IMG/VR virus record: IMGVR_UViG_3300033802_000252
Location: 13,891-77,890 of that record
Length of the DNA stretch: 64,000 nt
Direction: 5' to 3' (one strand)
Source of the DNA: a virus
Shown here: piece after piece, positions 41,764 to 51,376 of the stretch
Numbering within the stretch: position 1 is the stretch's first letter
Layout: every line of letters starts with the position of its first letter
Translations under genes and position numbers: made by a program
The notes under the pieces: model-generated
What the model was told of the DNA's origin: nothing
The model's database searches: none
Seen by the model: the letters and a program-made list of their open reading frames with translations, nothing else

Positions 41764-41789
41764 AACAAGGCATTTAGGAGGGGAAGCGA

Positions 41790-42965
41790 ATGAGTATATA
41801 TAAATGCTTGTCAACTGACTTTCACAAACTAAAAAAGCGCATCAACCGTATAACAAAAAAGCTTGACAAGCACGGCAAGTCTTGGACGTTTGAACTTATT
41901 AGCATGCATCCAGAACGCGTTAAAGTAGTAGACATGACGAATCATGACAACATACCATCATGGCAATTCCAGCCGAAGACAAAGGAAATTATTACAGAAG
42001 TTGCAACCTATCGTTTTGAAATGGAACCTTTAAAACTTGGTGATTACAAGGTAATAGCAATCATCGAGCATGGCAAAACTAAAGATGATAAAAACGTAAA
42101 TATCATACATGCGTTAGAGTATGACCATGTAGACATTGAGCAATACAGGCATGCACCAAGTCGCTGCAATCATTGCAATATTAACAGACATCGCAACAAA
42201 ACAGTTTTGCTACTTGATAATATCACAGGTGACATTATTCAAGTCGGCATGACATGCTTACATGAGTATACAGGCATTGATTGCCTGGACGTGATCCAAG
42301 CATATCAAGATGCTACTATCGTCATTAACGAAAAGCCACAAATTGATGGCTCATATATTAATAACAGTTGGCAATACGAAGAAACTTTAATTTATCTCGC
42401 CTCCTGCATCCAGGAGATCGAGATGCACGGATACGAGAAGGAAGTTACAAAAACAAGAGCATGGAACAACATTGAAAAGCGTTACTATGAGCCGTATATT
42501 AATAAGGCGCAAGAGGTTATTGACTACTTTACTAGTCGTGATTTTGACGATTATTTTTTGCGTAACATTAAGTCAACGTTATCCCATGAATACGCAAAAA
42601 GTAGCGGTCTGGTTGCTTATGCTTACATAGCGTATCAAAAGGATATGGAGCGTGAAAAACAAAGAGAGATTGAGCGTGAAATTGCAGAAGCAAGTAAGCA
42701 TGTCGGCAATGTCAAAGACAGAATAACAGTTAAGGTTGAATTGTATAATCAGTTCACTTATGAAACAAATTATAGTTATTATGGTGAACTTAATTACATT
42801 CACATCTTTATTGATGAAGAAGGCAATCAATACAAATGGAAAACTCAAAACGCGCTAATTGATTATGATATAGGCGATGAGTTAATTATTACAGGCACAA
42901 TCAAGGCGCATGGAGAATATAAAGGAGTGAAACTAACAGAACTGACACGGTGCAAAATAGTATAG
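41790..42965 (+). CDS. Phage protein with Zn-binding motif and C-terminal OB-fold-like domain
   Basis: CNHC...QVGMTCL; HVGNVKDRI...ITGTIKAHGEYKGVKLTELTRCK. Confidence 0.6.
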   Translation: MSIYKCLSTDFHKLKKRINRITKKLDKHGKSWTFELISMHPERVKVVDMTNHDNIPSWQFQPKTKEIITEVATYRFEMEPLKLGDYKVIAIIEHGKTKDDKNVNIIHALEYDHVDIEQYRHAPSRCNHCNINRHRNKTVLLLDNITGDIIQVGMTCLHEYTGIDCLDVIQAYQDATIVINEKPQIDGSYINNSWQYEETLIYLASCIQEIEMHGYEKEVTKTRAWNNIEKRYYEPYINKAQEVIDYFTSRDFDDYFLRNIKSTLSHEYAKSSGLVAYAYIAYQKDMEREKQREIEREIAEASKHVGNVKDRITVKVELYNQFTYETNYSYYGELNYIHIFIDEEGNQYKWKTQNALIDYDIGDELIITGTIKAHGEYKGVKLTELTRCKIV

Positions 42966-42998
42966 GCAGAGCCGATCTGCCTAATCTTGTTTTCTGAA

Positions 42999-43014
42999 TA
43001 AAAATAGAATTTTA
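42999..43014. repeat. TAAAA-N6-TTTTA junction site
   Basis: TAAAA ATAGAA TTTTA after terminator. Confidence 0.55.
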
Positions 43015-43085
43015 AAGTAACTTATGATGGGGGTTAGCTGATGCAAGAAAAAAAAATAAAAAAACTGTTATTTTTCCTTCGTTCA

Positions 43086-43101
43086 TATCGATATATATAA
43101 T
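43086..43101 (+). promoter_or_regulatory. TATCGATATA promoter-like motif
   Basis: TATCGATATA-TATAAT. Confidence 0.72.
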
Positions 43102-43191
43102 GAAAGTAAATTAAATCAAAGGAAAAACAAAGATGAGGCTTACATATGAGCAACATAGATATATTGAAAAGCAATATTGGAGGTTTTAAAA

Positions 43192-43347
43192 ATGAAAACT
43201 ATAAACGAACTAAAAGACGGAAAATGTGTAGTTATTGCTGAAAAGAATGGAGTTGTTAAAAAATTTGCTGGGCATTTTGTATCAAAGTATCCAGCAGTAT
43301 TTTTCACTATTCCAGCAGATTATAAAATTTTAGGTTATGAACAATAA
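43192..43347 (+). CDS. Small hypothetical protein (not in ORF track)
   Basis: GGAGG RBS, MKTINELKDGK... Confidence 0.55.
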   Translation: MKTINELKDGKCVVIAEKNGVVKKFAGHFVSKYPAVFFTIPADYKILGYEQ

Positions 43348-43368
43348 AATTTTTAGGAGGTTTAACAA

Positions 43369-43821
43369 ATGAAAAAAATCAAAGTTAAACAAATTATTTT
43401 TGAATGGACAGAAGCTTCTCATATTGTCAAAGATAATACAGTAGTTAATACATTCAAAGAAGCAGAAGAAATTATTTTCAAAATTGCAGCACATTCACAC
43501 AATGAGGGATACACAAAAACCGCCTTTATAATTGAATGGGAGGACGGCAGAATACACAAGGGAAGAATAGACGTTCAACGGAAAGACGCATGGAAGGAAA
43601 ATCCACTAGGAAAACACGTCAAGTATTTTTATGAACATTTAGCTGGTGTCAGAAAACCTTGTGGCTGGACGGACGAGCAACTCAAAGCATATTTAAAGGC
43701 GGTTTATGATATTGACGAACAAGGACAAGAAGAAATAAAAGAAATTTTGAACACATATGCATTAGAAGACATTCCAGATACACCAGAGCAACAAACAATA
43801 TGCAAAGTGGGAGAAGAATAA
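43369..43821 (+). CDS. LPD25-like (large polyvalent protein-associated) domain protein
   Basis: EWTE...TFKEAE...GYTKTAF..W..G..HKGRIDV pattern. Confidence 0.55.
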   Translation: MKKIKVKQIIFEWTEASHIVKDNTVVNTFKEAEEIIFKIAAHSHNEGYTKTAFIIEWEDGRIHKGRIDVQRKDAWKENPLGKHVKYFYEHLAGVRKPCGWTDEQLKAYLKAVYDIDEQGQEEIKEILNTYALEDIPDTPEQQTICKVGEE

Positions 43822-43859
43822 GAAAATATCATATTGAACACACTTGAGGAGGTAATATA

Positions 43860-44447
43860 ATGAGCGCATATCTTTCATATTCACCTTGGGGAAGTATTCA
43901 ACATCGAAAAACAATTCAAGATGGAATTGTTGTAGTCGATACAGCAGGTCATGGGGGAATAATGATTCGTAAGGATGTTGCAGAACAATATCTTTCAAAA
44001 CAAGCTAGAAAAAAAGGGGTGAGATATCATGATTATTTTACATATGAGGAAGATTGTGACTATGCCATTCCAGTTTATGAATTAAGACACTTATGGAATA
44101 AATTTTACAAAGACAAGACGGAAGATGAAATTGAACTTTCGCTGATGAAGTCATTGAGTTTGTGGAACCCCGATTATCTTATTGCTATTGGAGTGAAGCC
44201 ACTTGATGAACAATATCAAATTTATTTAGACAACAAAAGAGAGGAAGAAATGAGAAAGAATCAAGATCCAGATTTAATTGTGGTAGCTTGGGGGTCGTGG
44301 CATACCAAAAAAGAAGGTGTTGTTTTGGTTGGAACCGCAGACGGTAAAAAACATTATGTTACCGAGAAAAGTTATGAAAACAGAAAGGGCTTGAATTTAT
44401 TGAGTAAATGCGAAGTTATCGAATATGATGTTCAAGAATCTGCATAA
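43860..44447 (+). CDS. DUF7007-like protein
   Basis: SPWG..Q...DGI..V.TAGHGG...YEEDCD pattern seen in plasmid/phage early genes. Confidence 0.6.
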   Translation: MSAYLSYSPWGSIQHRKTIQDGIVVVDTAGHGGIMIRKDVAEQYLSKQARKKGVRYHDYFTYEEDCDYAIPVYELRHLWNKFYKDKTEDEIELSLMKSLSLWNPDYLIAIGVKPLDEQYQIYLDNKREEEMRKNQDPDLIVVAWGSWHTKKEGVVLVGTADGKKHYVTEKSYENRKGLNLLSKCEVIEYDVQESA

Positions 44448-44474
44448 GAGGGTGGATTATAATCCATCCTCTTT

Positions 44475-44735
44475 ATGTTTGTTTTTAAGGATGAATATTA
44501 TATGACAAATCTTGTTGTTGAGAAGCAATATATATTGAATTGTGAAACAGGTAAGATTGAATTACATTTTACAAAAGCAGAATATCAAGCATTGTCTGAT
44601 CAACAAAAGACTGAATTAATGAGTGCTTTTTTGTTCAGTGGTCAACGTCGAGCCTGGGCATCCAGGTTAAAGAATAATCATTTGCTGATGAATTACAGCC
44701 TGGTGCTGATTACAGGTGAATGGGATGAAATTTGA
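44475..44735 (+). pseudogene. Truncated paralog of the N-terminus of 45654..46841
   Basis: QYILNCETGKIELHFTKAEYQ vs QYILNRETGRIELRFSKEEYQ. Confidence 0.6.
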
Positions 44736-45193
44736 AGTGAAAATTTAAGTGGAAGTAACCAGTTTGCAATTTATTAGAATAGGAGTGAGTGCAATGAGCG
44801 TCATCGTCGTTGAAAATTGGAAAGGGCAAATAGTTATTACGGAATATGATTTTTCTAACGATGAAGAAAAACGACAATTCATTAAGATGTGTAGGGATCA
44901 AGGCTGTTTGGTATTTGAAAAAAGAAAGGGAAGCACTGTTTCATGAAATACAATGGGCGCAGGACGCGCCACCTAAATACGTTTGTGGTACTTCAGATTA
45001 TGAATTACTGCAGAAGGCCAATGAAAATATTATGAACGTGAACGAGAAGAAAGGAAGGGTTATTTAAATCTAGCAATTTACGTTATTCTCTTGCTTATTA
45101 TTTTCGGAGGCTGTGAATTTGGTGGATAGAGTCTAATTAAAACTATATGATTTTAATGACATTACTGAACTTTTATTATTTTTTCCATCCTCA

Positions 45194-45209
45194 TATCGAT
45201 ATATAAATT
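45194..45209 (+). promoter_or_regulatory. TATCGATATA promoter-like motif
   Basis: TATCGATATA-TAAATT. Confidence 0.7.
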
Positions 45210-45234
45210 AGACGAAAACAAGGGGGAATAAGCA

Positions 45235-45585
45235 ATGAAGATACAAGATATCGGTAATTTAGACATGAACAATATGATTTTTAAATTAAGCGACAATAGT
45301 ATAACCGCAAGGCAAAACAGTAAAACAGTTGCAGTTATAAATGACGTTAGAAGGGTCAAGGGGTTGCCTTTTAGGGATAGAGTCGATCTGAATATGAAGT
45401 TCAAAGGGAAGCTGAATCAAATTGCTGATGATTATTTTTATGTTTCTTCAGATAATAAATTTTACAGTTTTATCAGTCAAAGTTACTACGAACTTGGTAA
45501 TAAAGAGACTATTAACAGTATTGAAGAAAAGATTAAGAAATTAAATGAATATGGTGTTAACATTATTTTCGCATATATTAATTAA
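45235..45585 (+). CDS. Hypothetical protein
   Basis: RBS AGGGGG. Confidence 0.6.
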   Translation: MKIQDIGNLDMNNMIFKLSDNSITARQNSKTVAVINDVRRVKGLPFRDRVDLNMKFKGKLNQIADDYFYVSSDNKFYSFISQSYYELGNKETINSIEEKIKKLNEYGVNIIFAYIN

Positions 45586-45593
45586 TAAGTTAT

Positions 45594-45637
45594 TAAAAGT
45601 CGCCGTAAACCCTAGCTTTAGCTATGGGGAGTGTCAA
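45594..45637 (+). mobile_element. 44-bp collapsed IS200/IS605 mini-element
   Basis: TTAT|taaaagtcgccgtaaaccctagctttagctatggggagtgTCAA. Confidence 0.75.
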
Positions 45638-45653
45638 AATAGGAGGAGTGAGC

Positions 45654-46841
45654 ATGACAACAGCAACAGATAGGCAGTATATTCTCAATCGAGAAACTGG
45701 ACGTATTGAGCTACGTTTTTCAAAAGAGGAGTATCAGAATCTACCAAGCGACCAGAAAGCCGAACTAAAACGATTTTTTAATTTTAGTCGTTATGCTAGT
45801 GCTTGGGTTTCAAAAAGCAAGAATGATCACTATTCAGCTATTAGAACAGCAAAAAATTTAGGCTTTTCTGACGGTGGGAAAATTGGTAAACGTCTATCAT
45901 ATGCAGAAGAGTTAGAGAGCAAGGCTCAAAAAGCAGAAGCAAGAGCAGAGCGTTACGAGCAATATGCAGAAAACGCTGAATTAAGAGCAGTAAAATTACA
46001 AAGCGAATTTAATGAGCTACGTAAAGATTGGTCGTGGTTGACACAACCAAACATTAATAGTAGTAAAGGTAGAGCCTTTACAAGACAACGAGAGAAGGTG
46101 CTGGATCGGTATCATAAAGGATTTGAAGAATATCGAAAAAGCGAATATTTCCGTGAGCGTGCAGCGGTTGCTCAAGTCACCGCAAGTAATGTACAACTTA
46201 ATAATAGAGCATACTTGAGTAATCGGATTGAAGAATCAAGCAAGCGCATTAGAGACTTGGAAAGAGCGATCGTTAAAGCTGAAGAACGTCAAAATGAAAG
46301 ATGGCTTGATGATTTGCTTGAAAAAATGGAGTATGAAATTGACAAACTGGCATTCTTTCAAAATGCGTTAGATGAACTTGGAGGGATTCAATACAACAAA
46401 GATAATTTGAAAGTTGGTTACGAAGTAAAAATACGTGGTCGTTGGTATATTGTCGTTAAAACTAATCCAAAAACGGTTGAAGTACAATCACCTCATGCCC
46501 CATTCACTTTAAAATATTCATATGCAGAGATTCAGGAAGTTAAGGTTCCTGAAGGATGGGTAGAACCAAAGGAGGAATTAAATAATCCTTTTCGAGTTGG
46601 CGATGTCGTTGTTCAAATCTTTCATAAGGGAAGTTCGAGGGAGTTTATTTATAGAGCGTTCCAGGTGATAAAAACAACATCTAAATCAGTAAATATCAAA
46701 CAGATAAAAATTGAAGATGAAAAACCTTTGCGCGACAATTTTGTTAATGATCAGACTCTACAGCGCAGAGTAACGAAAAACAGAGATGGTGAATATGTTG
46801 TAAATTATGATAATTCATATTTGTATAAGTATAATGATTAA
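45654..46841 (+). CDS. DUF3560-like protein
   Basis: KAEARAERYEQYAENA...QP.....GRAF.RQREK...YFRERAA pattern; ATG behind AGGAGG. Confidence 0.65.
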   Translation: MTTATDRQYILNRETGRIELRFSKEEYQNLPSDQKAELKRFFNFSRYASAWVSKSKNDHYSAIRTAKNLGFSDGGKIGKRLSYAEELESKAQKAEARAERYEQYAENAELRAVKLQSEFNELRKDWSWLTQPNINSSKGRAFTRQREKVLDRYHKGFEEYRKSEYFRERAAVAQVTASNVQLNNRAYLSNRIEESSKRIRDLERAIVKAEERQNERWLDDLLEKMEYEIDKLAFFQNALDELGGIQYNKDNLKVGYEVKIRGRWYIVVKTNPKTVEVQSPHAPFTLKYSYAEIQEVKVPEGWVEPKEELNNPFRVGDVVVQIFHKGSSREFIYRAFQVIKTTSKSVNIKQIKIEDEKPLRDNFVNDQTLQRRVTKNRDGEYVVNYDNSYLYKYND

Positions 46842-46865
46842 TTAATGATTGTTTTAATGCCTACA

Positions 46866-46875
46866 TATCGATATA
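46866..46875 (+). promoter_or_regulatory. TATCGATATA motif embedded in a hairpin
   Basis: Inside inverted repeat 46852-46894. Confidence 0.6.
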
Positions 46876-47049
46876 TGGTATGTAGGCATTAAAAATAATG
46901 ATTTAAAAGAGATGATTTTTACGAATAATGATTTTTTGAAGAACTAACATTTTTGTGTTATAAACATGGACTATGGATTGAAGGAAAGGAAATGAAAGCA
47001 ATAACTAGCAATAATCAAATTGTAGCTACAATTTGGAATATGATTGTGA

Positions 47050-47649
47050 TTGTGGTGGATTATATGCAGATATAGTATGATAGAAGAATACACAGACAAA
47101 AAGGAGAGAAAATATAGAATGTGGTTGAATTTTCATCGGAGAATCAATCAAGGCAAAGTTTATGATGAGCCACAATTGGTTGTAATTCCGATTGATCCTC
47201 ATCGAAGAAATTATGATTTTGAAGTTGTCTCTGGTTCATTCTGGGATATTAAAGGTAATGAATATCTTTCTAAAGATCAAGCGTTGATTAAAGGAGTAAA
47301 GGAAAGCGATATTTTGTTTGAAGAAGATGTACTTGATGAGCATGTGTGTTTGGCTTATAGATATGAGAAGAGTTATTCAGATAAAGTAAATCATGCGAAT
47401 GCTAAAAAGGCAGGGTTTGGTGTAATTAAAATGATTAAAGGAGACCAGACAGGAACTGAATACATGTATTGCTTATATCAGACTATACGTGCATTGAATA
47501 TTCTTATTTATGGTTACTTAACACATGGTTTTGTTGATCTCAAATTACTAAACAAAATTAAGACCGACAAGAAGTTGCAGAATGAACTATCATTTATTCT
47601 CGGTAATAATCAAGATGTTTATAGTAGCATTATGAACTATGGAAAATGA
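47050..47649 (+). CDS. Hypothetical protein (true start probably ATG 47119)
   Basis: AAGGAG RBS before MWLNF. Confidence 0.55.
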   Translation: MWWIICRYSMIEEYTDKKERKYRMWLNFHRRINQGKVYDEPQLVVIPIDPHRRNYDFEVVSGSFWDIKGNEYLSKDQALIKGVKESDILFEEDVLDEHVCLAYRYEKSYSDKVNHANAKKAGFGVIKMIKGDQTGTEYMYCLYQTIRALNILIYGYLTHGFVDLKLLNKIKTDKKLQNELSFILGNNQDVYSSIMNYGK

Positions 47650-47681
47650 TTTTTATTTTGTCGTTATTTTTAAGTATGTGA

Positions 47682-47697
47682 TATCGATATATAAGAT
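47682..47697 (+). promoter_or_regulatory. TATCGATATA promoter-like motif
   Basis: TATCGATATA-TAAGAT. Confidence 0.7.
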
Positions 47698-47728
47698 GAG
47701 TTCAAAATATGACTTGGAGGTATCTTAT

Positions 47729-48079
47729 ATGAACAACAATCAAACGACCGCACATGCAAGATATGAAGCACATGTTAAAGAATCTTTACTGGCTGGAAAA
47801 CCAGTCGAGTATAGATTGAAAGACTTTTTACCAAAGGATAATAAAAGCAAGACAAAACGATCACGACCAAAAACAAAGTATGAAAAAATGGTGCTTGAAG
47901 CATTTGAAGAAGGCAAAATAATGTTTCCCAAAATGCACGAGGATGTGACTATTAGACACGCTTATATTAAAAGTACAATCATGCACTGGATGTCAGAGTG
48001 TGAATCCATTGACGAAGTGAAAGAACTATACAACACTTATAAAAGAATTACATATAACACACCAGTATTCGAGTATTAA
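47729..48079 (+). CDS. Hypothetical protein
   Basis: ATG behind GGAGG. Confidence 0.6.
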   Translation: MNNNQTTAHARYEAHVKESLLAGKPVEYRLKDFLPKDNKSKTKRSRPKTKYEKMVLEAFEEGKIMFPKMHEDVTIRHAYIKSTIMHWMSECESIDEVKELYNTYKRITYNTPVFEY

Positions 48080-48106
48080 TGTTAAGGGAAGGTTTTATAC
48101 TTCCCT

Positions 48107-48122
48107 TAAAATAAATCTTTTA
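48107..48122. repeat. TAAAA-N6-TTTTA junction site
   Basis: TAAAA TAAATC TTTTA between terminator and RBS. Confidence 0.6.
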
Positions 48123-48143
48123 AAAAGAAATGGAGGTTGTGAT

Positions 48144-48320
48144 ATGAAAGACGTTTATATTCAAGAGTGTAATTCTTGTGGAGCAGAATTTCCAGTCCAA
48201 TACACAAAAGGCGGTTATAATTATATAGGAGAAACTTGTGATTGTGAAGATTCTTTTTCTCCACGTTGGGATTCTCCTAGTATTTCAGAGTGGGAGCAAC
48301 AACAGAGCAAGAGCCAATAA
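48144..48320 (+). CDS. Small Cys-rich protein bounded by junction sites (not in ORF track)
   Basis: GGAGG RBS; CNSC...CDC; stop TAA begins TAAAA-CAAGTC-ATTTA. Confidence 0.6.
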   Translation: MKDVYIQECNSCGAEFPVQYTKGGYNYIGETCDCEDSFSPRWDSPSISEWEQQQSKSQ

Positions 48321-48566
48321 AACAAGTCATTTAAGGAGTTGAATATCATTGGCTAAAGAAGAATGGAAATCTCAAAGTTTAGAGGAAATTATTGAGGAAT
48401 TTGATCGAAAACATGGTAAAATTGATGTGTCTTTATATTGGGAGGGTTGGCGCAAAATAACAGCAGAAGATTTAAAAGATTATCAAGGGAGATATTAAAT
48501 TTTTTTATATTTTCCCTATTTTCTTGATTCTCAAATTATATATATAATGAGAGGAGGATTAAGAAA

Positions 48567-48818
48567 ATGAGAAAAAGATTAAGCGTAGCAGAAGCAATTG
48601 CTAATGTACTTGGTTAGGATATTTCCGATGTGAAAGAAAACAGATATCAATATGGCAGGACATCTAAGCCAGTATTTACGGCAGGTGATCATTATTATTG
48701 TGCAGATGATGTTCCAGCAAAATTTTATGGTGTTGAAAATCGGTGGGAGTGGGAGAAGGTAGAGCATCCAATAAATAATAAAAACGGATGGATTGTATGG
48801 AGAGCAAACATGAAATAA
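48567..48818 (+). pseudogene. Small gene with in-frame TAG
   Basis: MRKRLSVAEAIANVLG*DISDVKENRY...; TAG at 48615. Confidence 0.6.
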
Positions 48819-49086
48819 AAAAGGTGAATTTTAAGGGGTTTTATTATAATTAAGACGTTGACATAAGAATATTTTAAACTTTGGAGTGATTTCATGTATC
48901 AATATATGCCTAAGTGGAAAGAGACAAACAAAGAAACTTATATAAAAATGTTGGAGTCAAGAATAGAAGGGATTGAAAGAAAGAGGGTAAAATCAGTTAG
49001 TGATTCAAAAAGATTAGAGGGGTTAAAGCGAGAACTTGATCAGATAAAAAAATAATTTTATTCGGTCATTATTTTTTATTGTGCCG

Positions 49087-49102
49087 TATCGATATATATA
49101 AT
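49087..49102 (+). promoter_or_regulatory. TATCGATATA promoter-like motif
   Basis: TATCGATATA-TATAAT. Confidence 0.72.
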
Positions 49103-49180
49103 GGAGGTGAAAATAAGAATAAAATATATATTGAAACCTAAAAATAAAAGTGTATAATAAAACTAAAATAATACTAAGGA

Positions 49181-50251
49181 GTGAATTTAATGTCAAAAAT
49201 TGATTTGGGACAAAAATTTGAAGAAGTTATGAGACAGCTCGAGGAACTTGAAGAAAAGAAAGTAGATGTTTTGAAGAAACCAAGAGATATTGGAATTAGA
49301 GATAATAGCTTACATATTGAAGGACTTGGGCTTGTTGATTTTACAAAGACTGGTTTACAGACGTTTTGTGCCAAGTTGGATCTTCCATCCTCTTATATGT
49401 TCAAATTGATGGACAAGCAGGACAAGAGTTTGCGAGAAATTGAAAGAGATCAAGAAGTGTTCAAAATGAATATTCAAAGAGGTCTTGAAACATTGAGACC
49501 TGATACGGATATCTTTTTTAGAACATACAATGAGGGAGACAGACATATCATTAGAGGGGTGTTCAGTGACCGATATAATGTAGTGGACAATTTGCCACTC
49601 CTGGGAGAGATTCGAAACTATGATTTTAGCCAACTTAAAACTGAACACTTTAATGTAACAAGCGATTATTTGGATGTTCGCTTCACGATGCCTCATTTGA
49701 AGCGGTCGATTGGCAAATTGTCAGAACATGAAGTTAGATTTGGAGTGTCTGATGATATTGTTTTTCCTGCAATTCACCTTAGAAATTCAGAAGTCGGTCG
49801 TAGTAAAATTTCTATTCAATTCATTATTTATCGCCTGGTTTGCACAAATGGATTAATTAATCAACGTGATCAATATCGAATCGTAAATAAAAAACATGTT
49901 GGCGATTATGATTTGTCTGAAGTAAATAATCGCATTGCTGACATTGTGGGAAAGACTCCAGATATGTTTGAAGCATACATTGATACCATGATTAATTCAA
50001 AAAGCGAAAAAGTGGAGGATGCGGAAGAGATTATTTTGGGTTTAAATAAGCGACAAGGAATCACAAAACGAATGACTGAAACAGTATTGGATAATTGGAA
50101 AAGCGAGCAGCGAAGCGAAGCAACAAAGCATGGAATTATTAGTGCGATAACTGCAGGTGCTAGAGATTGGGAGCGAAAGAAGAATGACTTCACTGGTCGC
50201 TTGGCGCTTGAAGAAATCGCTGGAGAAATGCTTTTTGCAAAGAGTCTTTGA
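49181..50251 (+). CDS. DUF932/DUF945-family protein
   Basis: RGVFSDRY...DN, LRNSEVG, YRLVCTNG motifs. Confidence 0.75.
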   Translation: MNLMSKIDLGQKFEEVMRQLEELEEKKVDVLKKPRDIGIRDNSLHIEGLGLVDFTKTGLQTFCAKLDLPSSYMFKLMDKQDKSLREIERDQEVFKMNIQRGLETLRPDTDIFFRTYNEGDRHIIRGVFSDRYNVVDNLPLLGEIRNYDFSQLKTEHFNVTSDYLDVRFTMPHLKRSIGKLSEHEVRFGVSDDIVFPAIHLRNSEVGRSKISIQFIIYRLVCTNGLINQRDQYRIVNKKHVGDYDLSEVNNRIADIVGKTPDMFEAYIDTMINSKSEKVEDAEEIILGLNKRQGITKRMTETVLDNWKSEQRSEATKHGIISAITAGARDWERKKNDFTGRLALEEIAGEMLFAKSL

Positions 50252-50317
50252 TGCTATAATCAGGGGAGAGGAAAACTCTTCCCTGATTCATACATATTAT
50301 TATTTTTTGATGTGTAA

Positions 50318-50333
50318 TATCGATATATATTAT
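50318..50333 (+). promoter_or_regulatory. TATCGATATA promoter-like motif
   Basis: TATCGATATA-TATTAT. Confidence 0.7.
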
Positions 50334-50386
50334 GAGTGAGAAATTCAATAAAATGTGAGTTCAAGATATAAGGTGGTGAAAAAACA

Positions 50387-50572
50387 ATGGGTGACTTTCG
50401 TAAGGAATTTCTTGAAATGAGAAAGGACATCATTAAGGAAACAGCCGCAGAAATTGAATAAGTTAATTCTGAAATTGAAAAACTGTTCACAAAGCGGAGA
50501 GAGTGTGTCAGAATTATCATTGAAAGTATGGAAGAAATCAGACGCATTGAAGAAGAAAAAGTCAATAATTAA
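50387..50572 (+). pseudogene. Small coiled-coil gene with in-frame TAA
   Basis: MGDFRKEF...AEIE*VNSEIEKLF...; TAA at 50459. Confidence 0.5.
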
Positions 50573-50757
50573 TAAGTGGTAAAACAATAGTAGTGGAGGA
50601 AAAGTCTGGTGCTATTGTCGGAACTTCGCTTAGAGGCGTAAGGACTGGTGTTGAATACGGTGATATAAAAATAATGGAAAATCAAGTGGAAAGAGCCTGT
50701 AAAGAAAATGTAACAATTATCAGCGAAGAAGAATTTTGGAGGATTTACGACAAGAAT

Positions 50758-50773
50758 TAAAAATGACATTTTA
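50758..50773. repeat. TAAAA-N6-TTTTA junction site
   Basis: TAAAA ATGACA TTTTA before RBS. Confidence 0.6.
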
Positions 50774-51076
50774 ATGGGAGTTGATAAGATGAATAAAGCA
50801 ATCTGGAAATACACATTGTTACCACAAACAAAGCAGGAAATGATTTTACCATTGAATTCAAAAATACTGTCAGTGAAAGTGCAGCATGAAGAAATTGTTT
50901 TATATGCACTTGTTGATCCAGATGAAACAAGTATTGAAACTGTTGATATAATTATTTTAGGAACTGGTCATAAAATAGCAGATGAATCAATTCGGGATTA
51001 TGTTTTTCTTGACACAGTTAAAATGAACAATGGACATTTAATGTTCCATGTGTTTTATAGGCAATATGACTTTTGA
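50774..51076 (+). CDS. Conserved phage protein bounded by junction sites
   Basis: IWKY.L...LYALVD...GTGH...HVF motif; flanked by sites at 50758 and 51077. Confidence 0.65.
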   Translation: MGVDKMNKAIWKYTLLPQTKQEMILPLNSKILSVKVQHEEIVLYALVDPDETSIETVDIIILGTGHKIADESIRDYVFLDTVKMNNGHLMFHVFYRQYDF

Positions 51077-51111
51077 TAAATGTGGTATTTTAACGGAAAG
51101 GAGATAAAACC

Positions 51112-51282
51112 ATGTTATCTGAATTAAAAGTGTTTAAGATTGGTCAGTATGATAACTTTTCAGTTAATGGGATTTTTGAATACGATGATGAAACATATCT
51201 TATTATTCAAATATTAAAAGTAGAAACATTTAATTATACTGAAAAAATAGAAGTGACGGCACTTGTTACAAAAATAAAATGA
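51112..51282 (+). CDS. Small protein bounded by junction sites (not in ORF track)
   Basis: AAGGAG RBS; sites at 51077 and 51275. Confidence 0.5.
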   Translation: MLSELKVFKIGQYDNFSVNGIFEYDDETYLIIQILKVETFNYTEKIEVTALVTKIK

Positions 51283-51290
51283 CTGTTTTA
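51275..51290. repeat. TAAAA-N6-TTTTA junction site
   Basis: TAAAA TGACTG TTTTA containing the stop codon. Confidence 0.6.
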
Positions 51291-51376
51291 ACATGATTTA
51301 GCATCTTAAAAATAATTATGGAGAATACGTCATTATCCCAAGGAAAATAAATTATATAAAAAAAGGAGAAGTTAAA

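Noticed and set aside
48567-50572. Stop-codon recoding
   Set aside because: Only two isolated and different stops (TAG, TAA); long genes read normally in code 11; no suppressor tRNA.
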